A DNA stretch of 64,000 nucleotides, taken from assembly GCA_012295275.1 (NCBI GenBank), contig CM022674.1, positions 2,232,001 through 2,296,000 of the forward strand, read 5' to 3'. The translations under genes and the position numbers were made by a program. The notes under the pieces were generated by a model. That model searched no databases. It had not been told where the DNA came from and worked only from the letters and a program-made list of their open reading frames with translations. This document shows positions 27,595 to 42,455 of this stretch, piece by piece. The first letter of the stretch is position 1. Each line of letters starts with the position of its first letter. This DNA comes from Chrysomallon squamiferum. Taxonomy: Eukaryota > Animalia > Mollusca.

Positions 27595-28323
27595 GGCAGA
27601 GATAACACATTTTCAGTTCTCTTGGGTAGTGATATGTAATTACTTTTATCTGGAATGTTCACGTGTTTTAATTAATGTCACGACTGGCAGGATTTTTATG
27701 AGCGGTGACACAAATATTTCCATGTAGCTGAGTTAGAAAGGGGCCAGAAGTATTATTCATGTATTAAGTATTATCGTTAAACAAACCGACAGACAGACAG
27801 ACAGATGAAAGGACAGTCAGACAGACGGGAAGACAGACGTCACAGATAAGCAAACCAATTATAAAACATTAAAAAAAAAAACGACGATGATGATAACAAC
27901 TACATACAACAACTTTTTTTTTTTTTTTTCCAAAAGGTTATGACATATTGACCTGTGTGGATTCGATCTCTGGAACGCGTGTACACGACATAATATGTTA
28001 TATCATAAACAAAAGAAAATTTTTAATAAGATGTTTGACAATTTCATTTAAAAGTTGATAGGAAATGTGTAACGATTCGACCAAGATAATTAATAATTAC
28101 TATTACATTCCCCAAAATCCCTATAAACCGTTAATGATACGAATAATAATGATGACGATGAAGATGGTGATGATGGTGATCATAATAATAATAATGATGA
28201 TGATGATGATGATAATAACAGTAATAATAACAAGAACCACACTAATAAAATAAAATCATTATTCACATACGAAGCAATTATAATGACCACAGTAACAACA
28301 TCAGTAACAACAACGACACGAGC

Positions 28324-28355
<32 letters not shown>

Positions 28356-28969
28356 ACACAAACACAAGACGAAATTGAAATTAAAAAAAAGGGAAAACAA
28401 AACAGGAAAACAAAGAGAATTGAGCAAGCAAGATGTCAAAGTCCTTTCAAAGCGGCCATTTTTGTTCATTTCCGACCTATCCTCTCCAATTAGGTCTTCC
28501 TTTTATCTATTTTTCATTATCTCCTGCCAGTTCGTAACGAACTCGGATTGTCATTTCGTTTTTACTTCCTCTCAGCAATTGATTAAAACGACACTTTTAT
28601 AAATAAATAATACCAGTCTTCAAGCAAGCAAGCAAGCCTAGTACACTGGAGATGTCAGTCTGGTAATTTTTGTTGATGACGTCGAGTTTAAAATTTTCTT
28701 TTTCTGTTTTTTTTTTTTTCGTGAGGACAGAAGAATTCTTAATGAGTGTTGTTCTTCTTTGTTGTTGTTGTTACGATGTTTCAGAACATGAAAGGTAAAT
28801 TATTGCTTTTATCTCTGGAATAATTGCTGTGATGCAGAAACGGATTTTCTTCTTGTTCTTTTTCTTCTGTGTGCCTGACTGCCTGTCTGTCTGTCTGTCT
28901 GTCTGTCAGAATAGCGTGAATTGATCAGATAATTATTTATATAACAAGCGAAACGTGATGCTTCGTCTG

Positions 28970-29742
28970 TCTAACTGATATTTATTTTCAAACAGTGATA
29001 AGAAAATGGCTGTATACATACATACATATATATATATATATAAATATATATGTATATATCTATTTGTATATATCTTACATTTATTCTGATAAAAAATCTA
29101 ATAATTACACTGATTATACAGATATTATAATTATTATGATATAATTCACTCTTTTGTTTATTCTGATACAGAGATAAGACATTTACTCCGATATTTATTA
29201 TGCAAATAACAACACGATAAGCTCTTTGATTTACACATTTTATGTTTATTTTGATATATTTATATTTATTTTTTTATTCTGAAATAGATATCATAATAAT
29301 TATTCTTATACAAAAACTTTGATATATGGTGTATTTACTCTGATAGACAGATCTGATTATTATTCTGATAAAACGAAACTTACACACGCAAACCTTAATC
29401 ACTGTGATGCATCGAATCCTTCACGCTTCTCGTGTAATTTAATTCATCATTATTCTGATCAAGAGGACAGCTATTCGTCCTGATGCAGGTTCATACTAAA
29501 ACGTCTGATACAACTATTACCAACGATTCTATGACATCGCAACATTTAATTAATCTGATATTAATTGATAATTGTTCTAAAGCAAAAAAAAAAAAAAAAA
29601 AATTAAAAGTCAATTATATGATCCATGTAGGCGAAAATAATTCTGATGCAAGGAAAAAAAGAAGAAGAAAAAAATTAAATCTAATGCATAAATAAAACAA
29701 TTCTTACACAAAGCTCAACATTTAATAACTGTAACTATGACT

Positions 29743-29840
<98 letters not shown>

Positions 29841-30050
29841 GATAATCGTAGTAAATATCAAACGATAAATCTTACGATTATTCTGATATCGAAATCGAAA
29901 TATAAATTCTGATACAAAGTACTGATACAATCTTGATATAGTTAACAGTTACGAACTTTGATAGCATAACTGACAACTCCGATGCAAAGAACTGATGATA
30001 ACAGTTTTGATATATGTTTTCATAGATGTTTGAACTGATACGATCACAGA
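28970..30050. repeat. Cryptic repeat field rich in (TATT)CTGATA
   Basis: Many same-orientation TTCTGATA/CTGATA/TTGATA variants, e.g. near 29084, 29161, 29340, 29363, 29505, 29555, 29881, 29907, 29922 and 30035. Confidence 0.65.
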
Positions 30051-30419
30051 ATTAAAATAAAATTTCGTCTGATGTTCAGCAAAATAAGAGATAAGCAAAT
30101 CTTGTCTGAACCAAGATCTTCTTTCCATTTCTTTCTCTGCTGGACGCGAAACATTGCGTTAATAAACCATCTCGATAATCATGAGCAGGAATACACATTT
30201 CGTGAAAGAGGTAACAGACTCAACATGCATGAGATTTACTGGGCATGATCTACAAATCTCGTTAGTCGAGCTACAGTGTTAATTTTATTATAATTTTAGG
30301 ATGGCAAAAACGTAAAGGAGAAATGCTTTCATTAATGACATCCGTGAAACAATTATTGCATCTGAAATTATATGGTCTTGATCATAATTTCATAACCTTA
30401 GATAATCAGAAAGACGAGA

Positions 30420-30515
<96 letters not shown>

Positions 30516-31244
30516 GAGAGAACCGAATGAAAACTGAAAAATAATTGTTACTTTTAAAATAAAAAAGATTTTATTATTAGTAGTATTAGTAGTAGTAGTA
30601 GTAGTAGTAGTAGTAGCAGTAGTAGTAGTAGCAGTAGTAGTAGTAGTAGTAGTAGTAGTAATACAGGAGCATGTTACGGGATTCGACACCACGTCCTTTC
30701 ATTCTTAGCCACAGCTTCATGCAGGCTGCTATCAGAGCTCAACGCTGAATGGTACAAATCCCATTAGATCGTATTTACAATCGCGCGGCAGTTGGGTGTA
30801 CTGTGTGCTTTCTTTGTTATGATGAATTAACTTCATTCTGTATTATAAATGTGTCTGTAAAGACCAGTCGACACAGAGAAAGAGAGTTTGTTAACAATCG
30901 CCAGTGCTTTGACAGACTCCGTTGTTCAAATATAGATGCTGCTGCTTGTGTTTGTTGTAGCTATTTCATTGTAATGCCCTAACAATTCTTTATACAGCCG
31001 AGTCTGCGCCTGACTGGAATACATTTACCGATAAATGTTGACAGTATAGACATATATATATATATATATATTAGCCTCATTTTGGTGTGGGTTTGTAGTT
31101 ATATGGTTAGAGTTGCTGGCATATTGTGTTCCTGATCGATACAAGGATCATTTCCACGTACTTAGATATTTTAATAGGGTTGTCCTTTTTTCTTTCTTTC
31201 TTTCTCATTTTATCGATCTCTGAATCTCTGAATCTCTGTCACTG

Positions 31245-31397
31245 TCTCTCTCTGTTCTCTCTCTCTCTGTCTGTCTCTCTCTGTCTGTCTCTGTCTATCT
31301 CTCTCTATCTCTCCGTCTCTCTGTCTCTCTGTCTCTGTCTCTCTGTCTTTCTGTCTCTCTGTCTCTCTCTGTCTCTGTCTCTCTCTGTCTCTCTCTC

Positions 31398-31488
<91 letters not shown>

Positions 31489-31497
31489 CTCTCTCTG
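31245..31497. repeat. (TCTG/TC)n compound microsatellite
   Basis: Direct reading. Confidence 0.95.
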
Positions 31498-33428
31498 TCC
31501 CGACCTCCTGTCACCCTCTACCATAAACCATATTCAAGTCTGTAAACACTCAAACTAACACAGATCCGCCTCTACTTCGTCGTCCAGCTTCTGCGGAAGA
31601 ACAGAAAAGAAAAGAAAAAAAAAAAAAAAAAAAAAAAAAAAAGATCGATCGCGACACCTCGGTTTGGTCTAATTACGTCTACTTGAGGTCGAGGAGGGAG
31701 GGAGGAGTGGAGGGGGGATGTTACTGAGAACGCTCATCACACGTGGCTCGCCGGGAGTTTTTATTATTATTATTTTTTTTTTCCCCGTTTTCTTCATCTT
31801 CGGCTATCTTCGGAGAGACAAATTACTTTCGTCGCCCATTTTCTGACGATGTATCGAACGGGATCCCCCTACCCCCCTCCCTCCTTCCCCCTCCCCCGAG
31901 GCTTACTGACAAATTGCCGCTCGGTCGCAGGCAGGCGAGGCAAAGCAGTAAGTCTCGTGACTCGTGAATAAACTAGGCGTGATGATGATGATGATGATGA
32001 TGATGATGTTGGCGTAAACACTTTTTTTTTTTTTTTTTTTTTTTTCATTTTGTGTGTTTGTGTCTCCGTTTGATACGTTTCCGCGTCTGGTTACAGTTCG
32101 CGTAGCTTTCCGTATATGTGACGTAAGGTCTCGAAATTAGCCATGAAATTGAGAGAAAAAGGTTAAGTAGAGAAGCTATCGAACCAGTCAGCTTTATAAA
32201 GGCGACGACATGATTGTGGGTGGGGGGGTCGGGAAGAGAAGATAACTCTATTCTGTCGTATGTGTAATTTCGCTTTATTACGCAACGGTTAAAGTTTAAA
32301 GTGCTTCCAAGAACGTTTGTTTTTCAATGTTTGTCAGAAACGTTGTTTTTTTTTTTTGTTTTTTTTTGTTTTTGTTTTTTTCTTTAAAACGGTTGTCGCT
32401 GTTGGTAGTGAAAATAAATGAAATGAGACGTTTTGAACGAGTTGCTTTGAAATTCAGATTCAGAAGGAAGTGGCAGCGTTATGCTTCAGACAATTTTTTC
32501 TTAGAATATTTTAAGCGTTAGGTAGCTCTTGATGCTAATTTATCAAAATTTATCACTTTCAATTAGACTGAGGATTACAAATTAACAGCACTTTATATTT
32601 ATATTTTAACCCATGATTTGTGAATGAACGAACAGAGTAAATTATAACGACGTTTCAAAATGCAAAATTTCAAAGGCATCACAAATTCACGGGATTCGAT
32701 CTCACGTTCTTATATTCGTTTCTATTCTTTTATTCGTATCTAGCCTACTGTTACTGTGTATTACTGATTACTGTAGGGGTTCCTCCTACTGACAAACATC
32801 AAAATGACAAGCATTTTCACAGAGTCAGAGCAACACATACCACCGACTTCTTGATAAAAGAATCGTTTGACTAAGACTTCTTTTGATTTAACGTGATTTT
32901 TTTTTTTTTTATATATTTTTATCTAGCTAAATGTTCAAACACGCTTGTCGTGGTCAAAACTTGCCCTTCTTACATATATATATATGTGTCAGTTATGACT
33001 ATGCTTTCAGCTTTTGTAAGAGTGTTATGTGCAAGAGCTGCCATGCAGTGGGTTAAATAGCTTCTTGATAATCCTATTTCCTATCAGCGTTTTACAAATG
33101 TAGATTGCTTGTGTGTTTAATAGGACGTGAAAATGAAACGGTGTTGAAATGAATCGATACAAGATTTCCACTTCAGTTCGCGTGGAAAATGTGGAATAAG
33201 ATATACGTACAAAATAACATATGTCGATAAAGTTTTATCATTTGGGTTTATTATTATTATTATTGTTGTTGGTGTTGTTGTTGTTATTGTTGTTATTGTT
33301 ATTACTATTGCTGTTGTTGTTATTATTGTTATTGTTATTGTTGTTGTTGTTGTTATTATTATTAATAATTATTTTTACCCTTAAGTTTATTACTATCATT
33401 GTGATTGTTATTATTATTGTTGTTGTTA

Positions 33429-33486
<58 letters not shown>

Positions 33487-34466
33487 CCACCGACATTATT
33501 GATCCAAAAATAATATCAAAAAAAATAATAATATTAAGACGAAGATGGCATTAATTATGCATGCAATTGCTATTATTACCAGATGCATCATTACCATCAT
33601 CATCATCATCATCACCCGTCATACATTTAATTATTATTTTATATCATCATCATACATTTAATTATTGCATCTATACTTACCTTGCACTATACGTCTCTTA
33701 TCTCTATATCCATTTATCTTTCCGCGATGTGTGATTTGTCGAACACCTGCTACACGCTGATATTGTCCAGATCTTAATCACGTTTTTATTATTCGGAGTT
33801 ATTGCTAACACACCTCTCTCTCTCTTATTAACACAAGTGATTACACACTCGGGCCAATAACAACGCACACGTCACTTAATTTATCTTTAATCACGACTGT
33901 GGCTGTTAATTTGCATCGTGGAAATGAATGACTTTTAACGTTTTGATTTTATTTCGTTTCGTTTCGTTTTGTTTTTTAAGAAAGCGGAGTAGAATACGGT
34001 AATCTTTGCAGTCGTAAAATTTACGTCTGTCTATCCGACTTTTTTCGTATTTTCAGTGTTCGTAAATATAGGGTTGGTGTATCGTAGAATGTGGGAAGGT
34101 GTTTGTAAACAAGACCCCTTTGCTTGTGGTAGGAAAAAGGTGGATTTCATGTTTCAAACAGTGTCACTGTAGGAAACCATGTTAATTAATTTTATTATAT
34201 TAATTTTTGTGGAAGTTCGTTAATGAAATATCTGTTTGTCTCCAAGGGATAATATTATTAGTTTTTATCGTTAGAGACTCATAAGTTAAAATGATAATGA
34301 TGTTATTAATAATAAATTAATAAATAACAGCAACAACAACAGCAGCAGCAGCAGCAACAACAACAACAACAACAACAACAATAAATAATAATAATAATAC
34401 TTCTACTACTACTACTACTAACAATAAACAATAATAAATAATAATAATGATAAATAATAATAATAA

Positions 34467-34520
<54 letters not shown>

Positions 34521-34948
34521 ACTAAAGCTGCTACTGCTTCTACTACTACTACTACTAAAGCTGCTACTACTACTACTACTACTACTATTACAGCTGCTCC
34601 TACTACTACTACTATTAATAAATCATTAAGAAATTAAAAACTTATACTACCAGGAAAACTTGCACTGAATTAACTCATAATCTCTCTTATATTTCTCCTC
34701 ACGTAAATTAGCTGTTAATGGCCGTGTTACGTTTTTTTCTCATTTCACGATAATCGGGATGCACCGATAATCGAGCGATAATTGATTACGACGTCAAGGT
34801 AACGTTATCTCGGGAAATATATATTTTCTGTAAATTTCTTCTGGGACGTAGTCACTTTTAGTTTCTAATCTGCGAGTTACGCCAGAAGTGAAATATTTTT
34901 TTTTGTATTAATCAGCTAAAAGCGTGCGAGTAATTTTTGATAACTTTG

Positions 34949-35055
<107 letters not shown>

Positions 35056-35344
35056 GTATGTGTGTCTGTGTGTATTATTAGTTGTACGAAGGAATGTAAA
35101 TCCATCAAGAAATGAAATTCAAAATTTTTTAAACTATCGCGTCTCACTCTATCATTTCCTTCTTTCTCTTTTGTAATACCTCGCAGACAAATTGTTTTCC
35201 TTTATTGGCATATTTGTCAAACACACCTCTCAACTCGCACTTGTTCATTCTGATAGAGACATCAGAGGTAACTTTTGTTTGACGCCACTCAACCGTGACC
35301 GACATTTTTACCTTGACTTCGTTTACGTCTTTGTACACCTGATT

Positions 35345-35356
35345 CAAAATGGCGGC
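35345..35356 (+). promoter_or_regulatory. YY1-type motif
   Basis: CAAAATGGCGGC. Confidence 0.45.
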
Positions 35357-35768
35357 GCAGTACCCTTTGTGTCGTTGCAATTGGTTAACAGGTGTGATAC
35401 TTGCTTTCAATCGCTTGTCTTTACCTGCAAATTGTTATTGTTTAGAAAATACAAGCTGACACTGTTTGTAAAGTTGGGAAACAATTAGGTTGATGTCAGA
35501 AATGAAAATACAGTTTCTAAATTCACGGAAACTTGTTTGTTTAGAATTAACAAGGTTACCCGGTAATATTGTAGACATTTGAAAAGAATGATTTTAAACA
35601 TGTAATTAAATGTTTAGACTGACTGTTAAAATTATCTACGTCTTCAAAATACGTCTGACGTCATATGTAAATATTAGAAGCAGTGAGCTTCGCGTCAGAT
35701 TTTAACTCTACAAATACATTTTCTAGATTTGAAGTAGTTTTCTTGAAAATATAATTAGAAAGATGTAT

Positions 35769-35802
<34 letters not shown>

Positions 35803-36048
35803 ATAATCTAAGTAAAGGTATGTATATATGTACGTTTGTATGTAATTTATTAAGCATGTATTTGTACATTTGCGTGCATGTATGTATATAATATGCATAT
35901 ATATATATATGTATGTATGTATGTATTTATGTATGTATATATGAATGTATGATGTATGTATGTATATACTGTGTGAATAGAAAATACATTTTAACACTTA
36001 TTTTTTAATTAACTGATATGTATGTGTATCCATTTGTGTATCTGTGTT

Positions 36049-36090
<42 letters not shown>

Positions 36091-36835
36091 TTCTTTTTCC
36101 ATCGAAAGATTAACCGAGTTGTTTTATTTCGTTAGAATTTTGAAACTTTATACATATATACATATATAGCAACAGTTCCAAAACAGATGCCACACATTGT
36201 AATAAAGAATCGCCTTGATAGTTCTTAAAACATTTCGTATGCAAATTGCGAACAGGTGGACATTTATTACATGTAATTACATATTTGTATGTGAAAATCG
36301 AATATTTACGTTAAACTTGAAAAACTCTGCGGCCACAGATCAGGGTTTTTGTGTAATTTAACACCAGAATTTTCTTTCCGAAATGTGATGAAGAATATAA
36401 TATTCTATAGTGTTTTTGTTTTTTTTTTTTTATTATTTTTTTTTTTCTTATTCATTAATTTATTAACATATTTTTTTATTTGATAACACACATACACACA
36501 CAAACATATTTGTTTATTTATTTGCTAATCTATCGTAAAGTTTATTACGCAGATTCAGTTTAAATGAAGCGAAATATTCTAATTATCGAACGTTTTAAAT
36601 TGTACTAATTCGTAGAACTAAATATATAATTCGTAATCTAGAACTAAATGTATTAAATGTTTTATCTATTTTAACATTTTAAATTTTTTCAAAACAAATG
36701 TATCTAGTAAAATTCAGAAATATATCAACAGATTGTACAAAATTTATTCAATAAAAACGAGATAACTGTATTTCTGTTGGTCAGATGATCACCTCTGTCC
36801 ACTGCGAGGTAATTTAAAACTGAAATCCGATACAT

Positions 36836-36876
36836 GGTGATCACCTGTCGCCATGGTGACACGTCATCCGTGACGT
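36836..36876. promoter_or_regulatory. Three adjacent palindromes including an X-box-like site
   Basis: GGTGATCACC (36836-36845), GTCGCCATGGTGAC (36847-36860), ACGTCA-TCCG-TGACGT (36861-36876). Confidence 0.45.
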
Positions 36877-37468
36877 TGTTGTCTATTTCTGCGGGCTGAT
36901 TAAAGTTTCATGTTTTTCAGTCTAACGGTTTCAATTTCTCGTGTTTGTTTGCTTAGCGTTAATAATGGCTTTTCTTCTTTCATTCTTTTTTTTCCTCAGT
37001 ATAATATTCATTTTGCCTTTATGTTTTTCTTTTTTACTTTCTTATTTTATATTATTTATTTATTTGTATTTATTTATTTATTTATTTGTTTGTGTGTGTA
37101 TATATATGTGTATATATATATATATATGACAAATAAATAAATAAATAATATGTATGCATATTAACGTAAGATTTATTGACAAACTATGCTATCCTAAATT
37201 ATCTTAATTTCCATTGTCATACCGAATAATTATGTTTTGATATGAAATAAAATAAAATAAAAAATAAATTAGAATGACTGACAGTCTGTGTGATAAATGT
37301 GTTATGAAATGAAATAAAAATAAATAAAATATGATTTAAATAAAATAAAAAAAAAAAAAAATATTTTTAAACGTGGTTTGACTTAATTATAAACGTAATA
37401 ATGTGACTAGAATTCTCACATCATCATCATCATCACCACCACCATTATTATTATTATTATTATTGTTG

Positions 37469-37500
<32 letters not shown>

Positions 37501-37552
37501 GTTATTGTTATTATTATTATTACTGTTGTTATTATTATTATTATTGTTGTTG

Positions 37553-37584
<32 letters not shown>

Positions 37585-40007
37585 TGTTATTGTTATTATT
37601 ATTATTATTATTTTGTTATTATTATTATTGTTGTTGTAGTTGTTATATTTTTTATTATTTATGTTATTATTTTACAACAAAAACGAGAAAGAAGACGATA
37701 TAAATTTATGTTATTTTATAATTAATATTAACTTTATCACTGGTAAAAACAAAAAAACAAAAAAAAACAAATTCAAAATATTTACTGCAGTCGTTACAAA
37801 CATCCCAAGTAAGTTATAACAAGTTCTGACGGGTTTCTTCTCGAGTGTTATATGTCATACGATATTAACACCTCATTCATACAACACATTCTAACATCAG
37901 CGGGTTTCTCCTCTAGTTCTGCGTGCCATCCGCGCTGTTAACACCTTGGTCGTCATCATGAAAAGAATTAATTCATCTCCTAACACCTTCCTCTAAGTAA
38001 ATCACCTATGAAGAAATTTCAGCAATTAAGACGAGTGTGTGTGAATTATGAAGCAAAACGGATTATAATAACGCTCGACGAATTAACATTATATTATTAA
38101 AAAAATGCGTAGAAATTTCTGGAACCCTGCAGCGAAAAAGGGTGTGTGTTTTTTTTAAAAACTACATTTATCACGCTGTATGTATCTCAAACCCGTTATA
38201 AAATATATTATCCCAGATACAGAATAGTAATTGCAGCTGACAAAGGAAATAAATAAATATACTGCAGAGATGTCGAATACTGACATCTCAAATCAACGCA
38301 GAAGGGGGGTAGAAAAATGTACTCTGATGCTCTGTAAAATATGGAGGAATTAAACCTCATCCACAAAAAAAAAGTTTGACACGGGTCAATGGATTCGCTC
38401 AACAGGCGGGCTTGCTTTGTTCACGGCAGATCCTGTTCTTTAGAAAGCATGTCGGGTGGGTTGAGGTATAACTGAAATGCAGAGGATATATTTTTCGAAG
38501 GCATTTTTCTGTTCGGGTGCTACAGAGAAGAAACGGGAAATAAGCAAGAGGTGAAATATTACGATCCGGAAATATTTTTCGATTTCGAGTTCTGCAAATT
38601 TCGTTACGTGAGTTTGTTTTATTTTTATTTTATATTACTTAACACTAACAGTTACAGTCGTTTGCTAGATTGTGATAAAATCTGAACGTTTGCGTGCTGT
38701 TATTATTATTATTATTTTTATTTTTTTATTTTTTTAAACTCGTTATTTAAATGTTTTGCCGCGTGCACCCTGTCACGTGGTTTTGAGGGTCATAGATCGA
38801 GGGGCGAACTTTTTAAAGGGTAATAAATGTTATGACGGGTTGTTGTGAATTTGGCTGACAGTTTCGTGAAATTAGTGTCATTGGTATTTGTGAGATTTAT
38901 AAACTTTTTATTTGTTTGCAGTTGTTTTTGATATCTTTAGTTCACTGGCGTTTTTTTTTTTTTTTTTTTAAATTTTATTTTATTCTTCTTTGACGCTCCA
39001 ATTTTTGTTTTATAATAATAATAAATCAAAAGTAGATACAAGTTTATACATGTAACTTTGTAGAAGCGATGTCTTATGCAAACGCATCATCATCGTTATC
39101 ATCATTTTCATTAAAATAACAAACCTGTAATGCTTACATTTGTAAAAATTAAATTATTTTCAGTAAAGAAAAGAAAAAAAGAAAACAAATTAATCATAAA
39201 AATTAATTTAAAAATAATAAAATTTATAAATATCCATGCGAAGGGAACTAAACAGAACATTAAATTAGGAACGAAACAATTAAAAGTGTGTTTGATAAAA
39301 TAATAAAGAATAACAGAATTATGAAACAACAACAACAACAACAACAACACAACAATAATAAAAATCAAATAATCAAACAGACAGATCAATAGATAAACAG
39401 ATATTTAAATATGTAGGGATTCAGAAAATACAGCTCTATCAAATGATATTTGAAAAAGGTATGGCATACATTATCACGACAAAATTAATAAAACGTTAAA
39501 TATCTCAAAGACAACAAGAGATTTACATTCATATCTGAAACGCAAGAGAAGTTATCTCAACAAACCTTAGACTTACACTTATCACTCTATTTATGATAAA
39601 AATATGCGTAAAACTACACCACCACACTACAAAAAAATGCTACCAGCCAATAATCACGCCGTATTATTATACATACATACATACATTATGATATCTTTTT
39701 ACTTCACGACTGTGAAATGTGTACTAAAATGCTATACATCACAACGGTATTTTAAATGCAGAAGAATGTCTCGGCTGTGCAAATCGAGCCGGGAAAACTA
39801 ATTCCGAGCCAAGGAGAAACACAAACAACAATAAATCATTTCTTATCCTCCTCCTCCTTCGATAAGCTCAGCCGGTCTCGAATTTCTCAGCTCGTACCGA
39901 GTTGCCAACAGTTATATTAAAACCGGCTTAAATGTCCCTCCGTGTGTGCTTTCTTTTCTTAATTCTCCATCGTTGCGCAATTAATAAGAAGGAAAAGATT
40001 GTGGGCC

Positions 40008-40038
<31 letters not shown>

Positions 40039-40189
40039 CAGATAGAGTGAGACAGATTAAGTAAGAGAGAGAGAGAGAGAGAGACAGAGAGTGTGTGTGT
40101 ACAATTTCATGTAATTAATTCAGTTAATGATTTTTTAAAATCTTTTTAGTTATTATATATATATACAATTTAAGTTAACTCATTTAATG

Positions 40190-40242
<53 letters not shown>

Positions 40243-40252
40243 AATGTGTATG

Positions 40253-40300
<48 letters not shown>

Positions 40301-40467
40301 TTATTTATCAGCGTTTATGCCTGTGTTTCTGTCTGTTTACAAATAAGCATATATTCATATACATTCATTTTATTACATACATATACTGAAACACACAGAC
40401 ACACACACACAGACATGCACACACTCAGACACATACACACACTCAGACACACACACACACACACAGA

Positions 40468-40505
<38 letters not shown>

Positions 40506-40599
40506 GAACAAAATCGGCTGTTTACAGTAATGAGCCGACCTACGGTTCATTTAGGCGGCGGCAAATTTTTTTTTTTTTTTCTTTCTCTCACAACAACAA

Positions 40600-40840
40600 C
40601 GCCTGTTGTGTGCCGCCACCACTATCAGCATCAAGCGCACGCGCTCATCTCGAGCCTGCCTCGCACTCAGCACCGGAAGTGAAATTATGTTTGTAGTGCG
40701 TTTGCCTCGAACTGAACGCCACGGCCGACCGTAAAACGACAGACAGTAGTTGTCGAGTTAGGTGGAAATACTGCTTCGTTCGCGAGGGCTGTGATGCTGC
40801 GATCCACGACGTTGTGACAGCTGCTGCGGATAAGGTAGGC
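40600..40840 (+). promoter_or_regulatory. Candidate promoter and non-coding first exon
   Basis: CpG-rich; NRF1-like GCGCACGCGC at 40635-40644; perfect ETS ACCGGAAGTG at 40672-40681; AAG|GTAGGC donor at 40835. Confidence 0.45.
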
Positions 40841-41380
40841 TGTTGTGTTGTTCATTTCGTCTCGCTCTAGTTTGTCGAGAGCTTTATTTTTGCGTGTTTT
40901 GTTGTTGTAAAGAAGTGTACACATTAGAGAGAGAGAAGAAGCAAACAGCAGTCAGTGGTGTTTTCTTGCGAAGCAGACGTGTGTTGGTTTCAGTCGGTCG
41001 TATTGATTTTTTTTTTCCTCTACTCTTTTCTTTTTCTTCTTCTTCTTCTTCTTCTTCTTCTCTCAGTAGGTTTTCGTGTTACCAAATGTTTCCATCAGAA
41101 TCCAGTCGCTTTCATCTCAAAGACTTGTATTTTTGTATTTAAGCCAGATTTATTTATTCACGTTATTTTATTTTATTTATTTATTTATTTTGTTTCGAAG
41201 ATAAAACAATATTATTACAGTTTTAATTTCGTTTTAACGGAATTTCAAGCAGAACTAAATCTGTTGTGTTATTTTGGGGATTTTTGTTTTAGTTGTGTTT
41301 TTCCTCATCTTTAAACTGTACATTAATTAATTTCAGCTGTTTTTGGTTTATTTAATTTATTCATTCATTTTTTGTTGTTG

Positions 41381-41466
<86 letters not shown>

Positions 41467-41546
41467 TAAACTGTAGATTAATTAGTATCAGCTATTTTAT
41501 TTACTTGTTCATTATTTCATTCATTGACTCGTTGACTCATTCATTA

Positions 41547-41593
<47 letters not shown>

Positions 41594-41762
41594 CATTATT
41601 ATTGTTATTGCGCAACAACGAACACCAATTGTAATGTTGTGGCCTATATAAATATATTCGCATCCTATCAATAATTTAAGTTTTAGAAGACTGTATGTTT
41701 TGACAAACTAGATACAGATGTGTCTATATAAACATCTATTCGTTATTATCACGAATGTAATT

Positions 41763-41807
<45 letters not shown>

Positions 41808-41976
41808 TCTGTTCACACACCCACACACAGAGAGAGACGTATTTACACCAGCAAGGAACACGACACTTTAACAAAAGTTCCTTTGTTCTTAACGTTAGCT
41901 AAACTCCAGTTAATTCGCTGTGCAGCTTTAGTAACTTTTATCTACCAGTAATCTACAGTCAATTATCATTCCAGTG

Positions 41977-42071
<95 letters not shown>

Positions 42072-42318
42072 CGATATTATCACCTCAAAGCTGTGAGGGT
42101 GATAACTAGCGTGTTTTCATTATTTAAATGTCAAAGCACGCTTGTCGCGGACGAAGCCTCAGAAAGCATTCTTGCTTCGAGTGTGCGGTATATTTTGTCG
42201 GCAAACAGTCCTTGACATGTCCAGTTCGATTAAACGAAGGATTATGTAATTGTGTTCTAAGAAATAGGGTTATTTGTTTGTAAGGCTAATAAGAAATTGC
42301 CATTTAGATTATTTATTG

Positions 42319-42455
<137 letters not shown>

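Noticed and set aside
33675-33760. Minus-strand exon ending at a perfect AAG|GTAAGT donor
   Set aside because: About one such 9-mer is expected by chance; the acceptor is weak and the peptide unrecognisable
35203-35230. Tc1/mariner-like terminal inverted repeat (a similar string occurs near 3592)
   Set aside because: Weak resemblance only; no matching partner TIR, TA target duplication or transposase remnant
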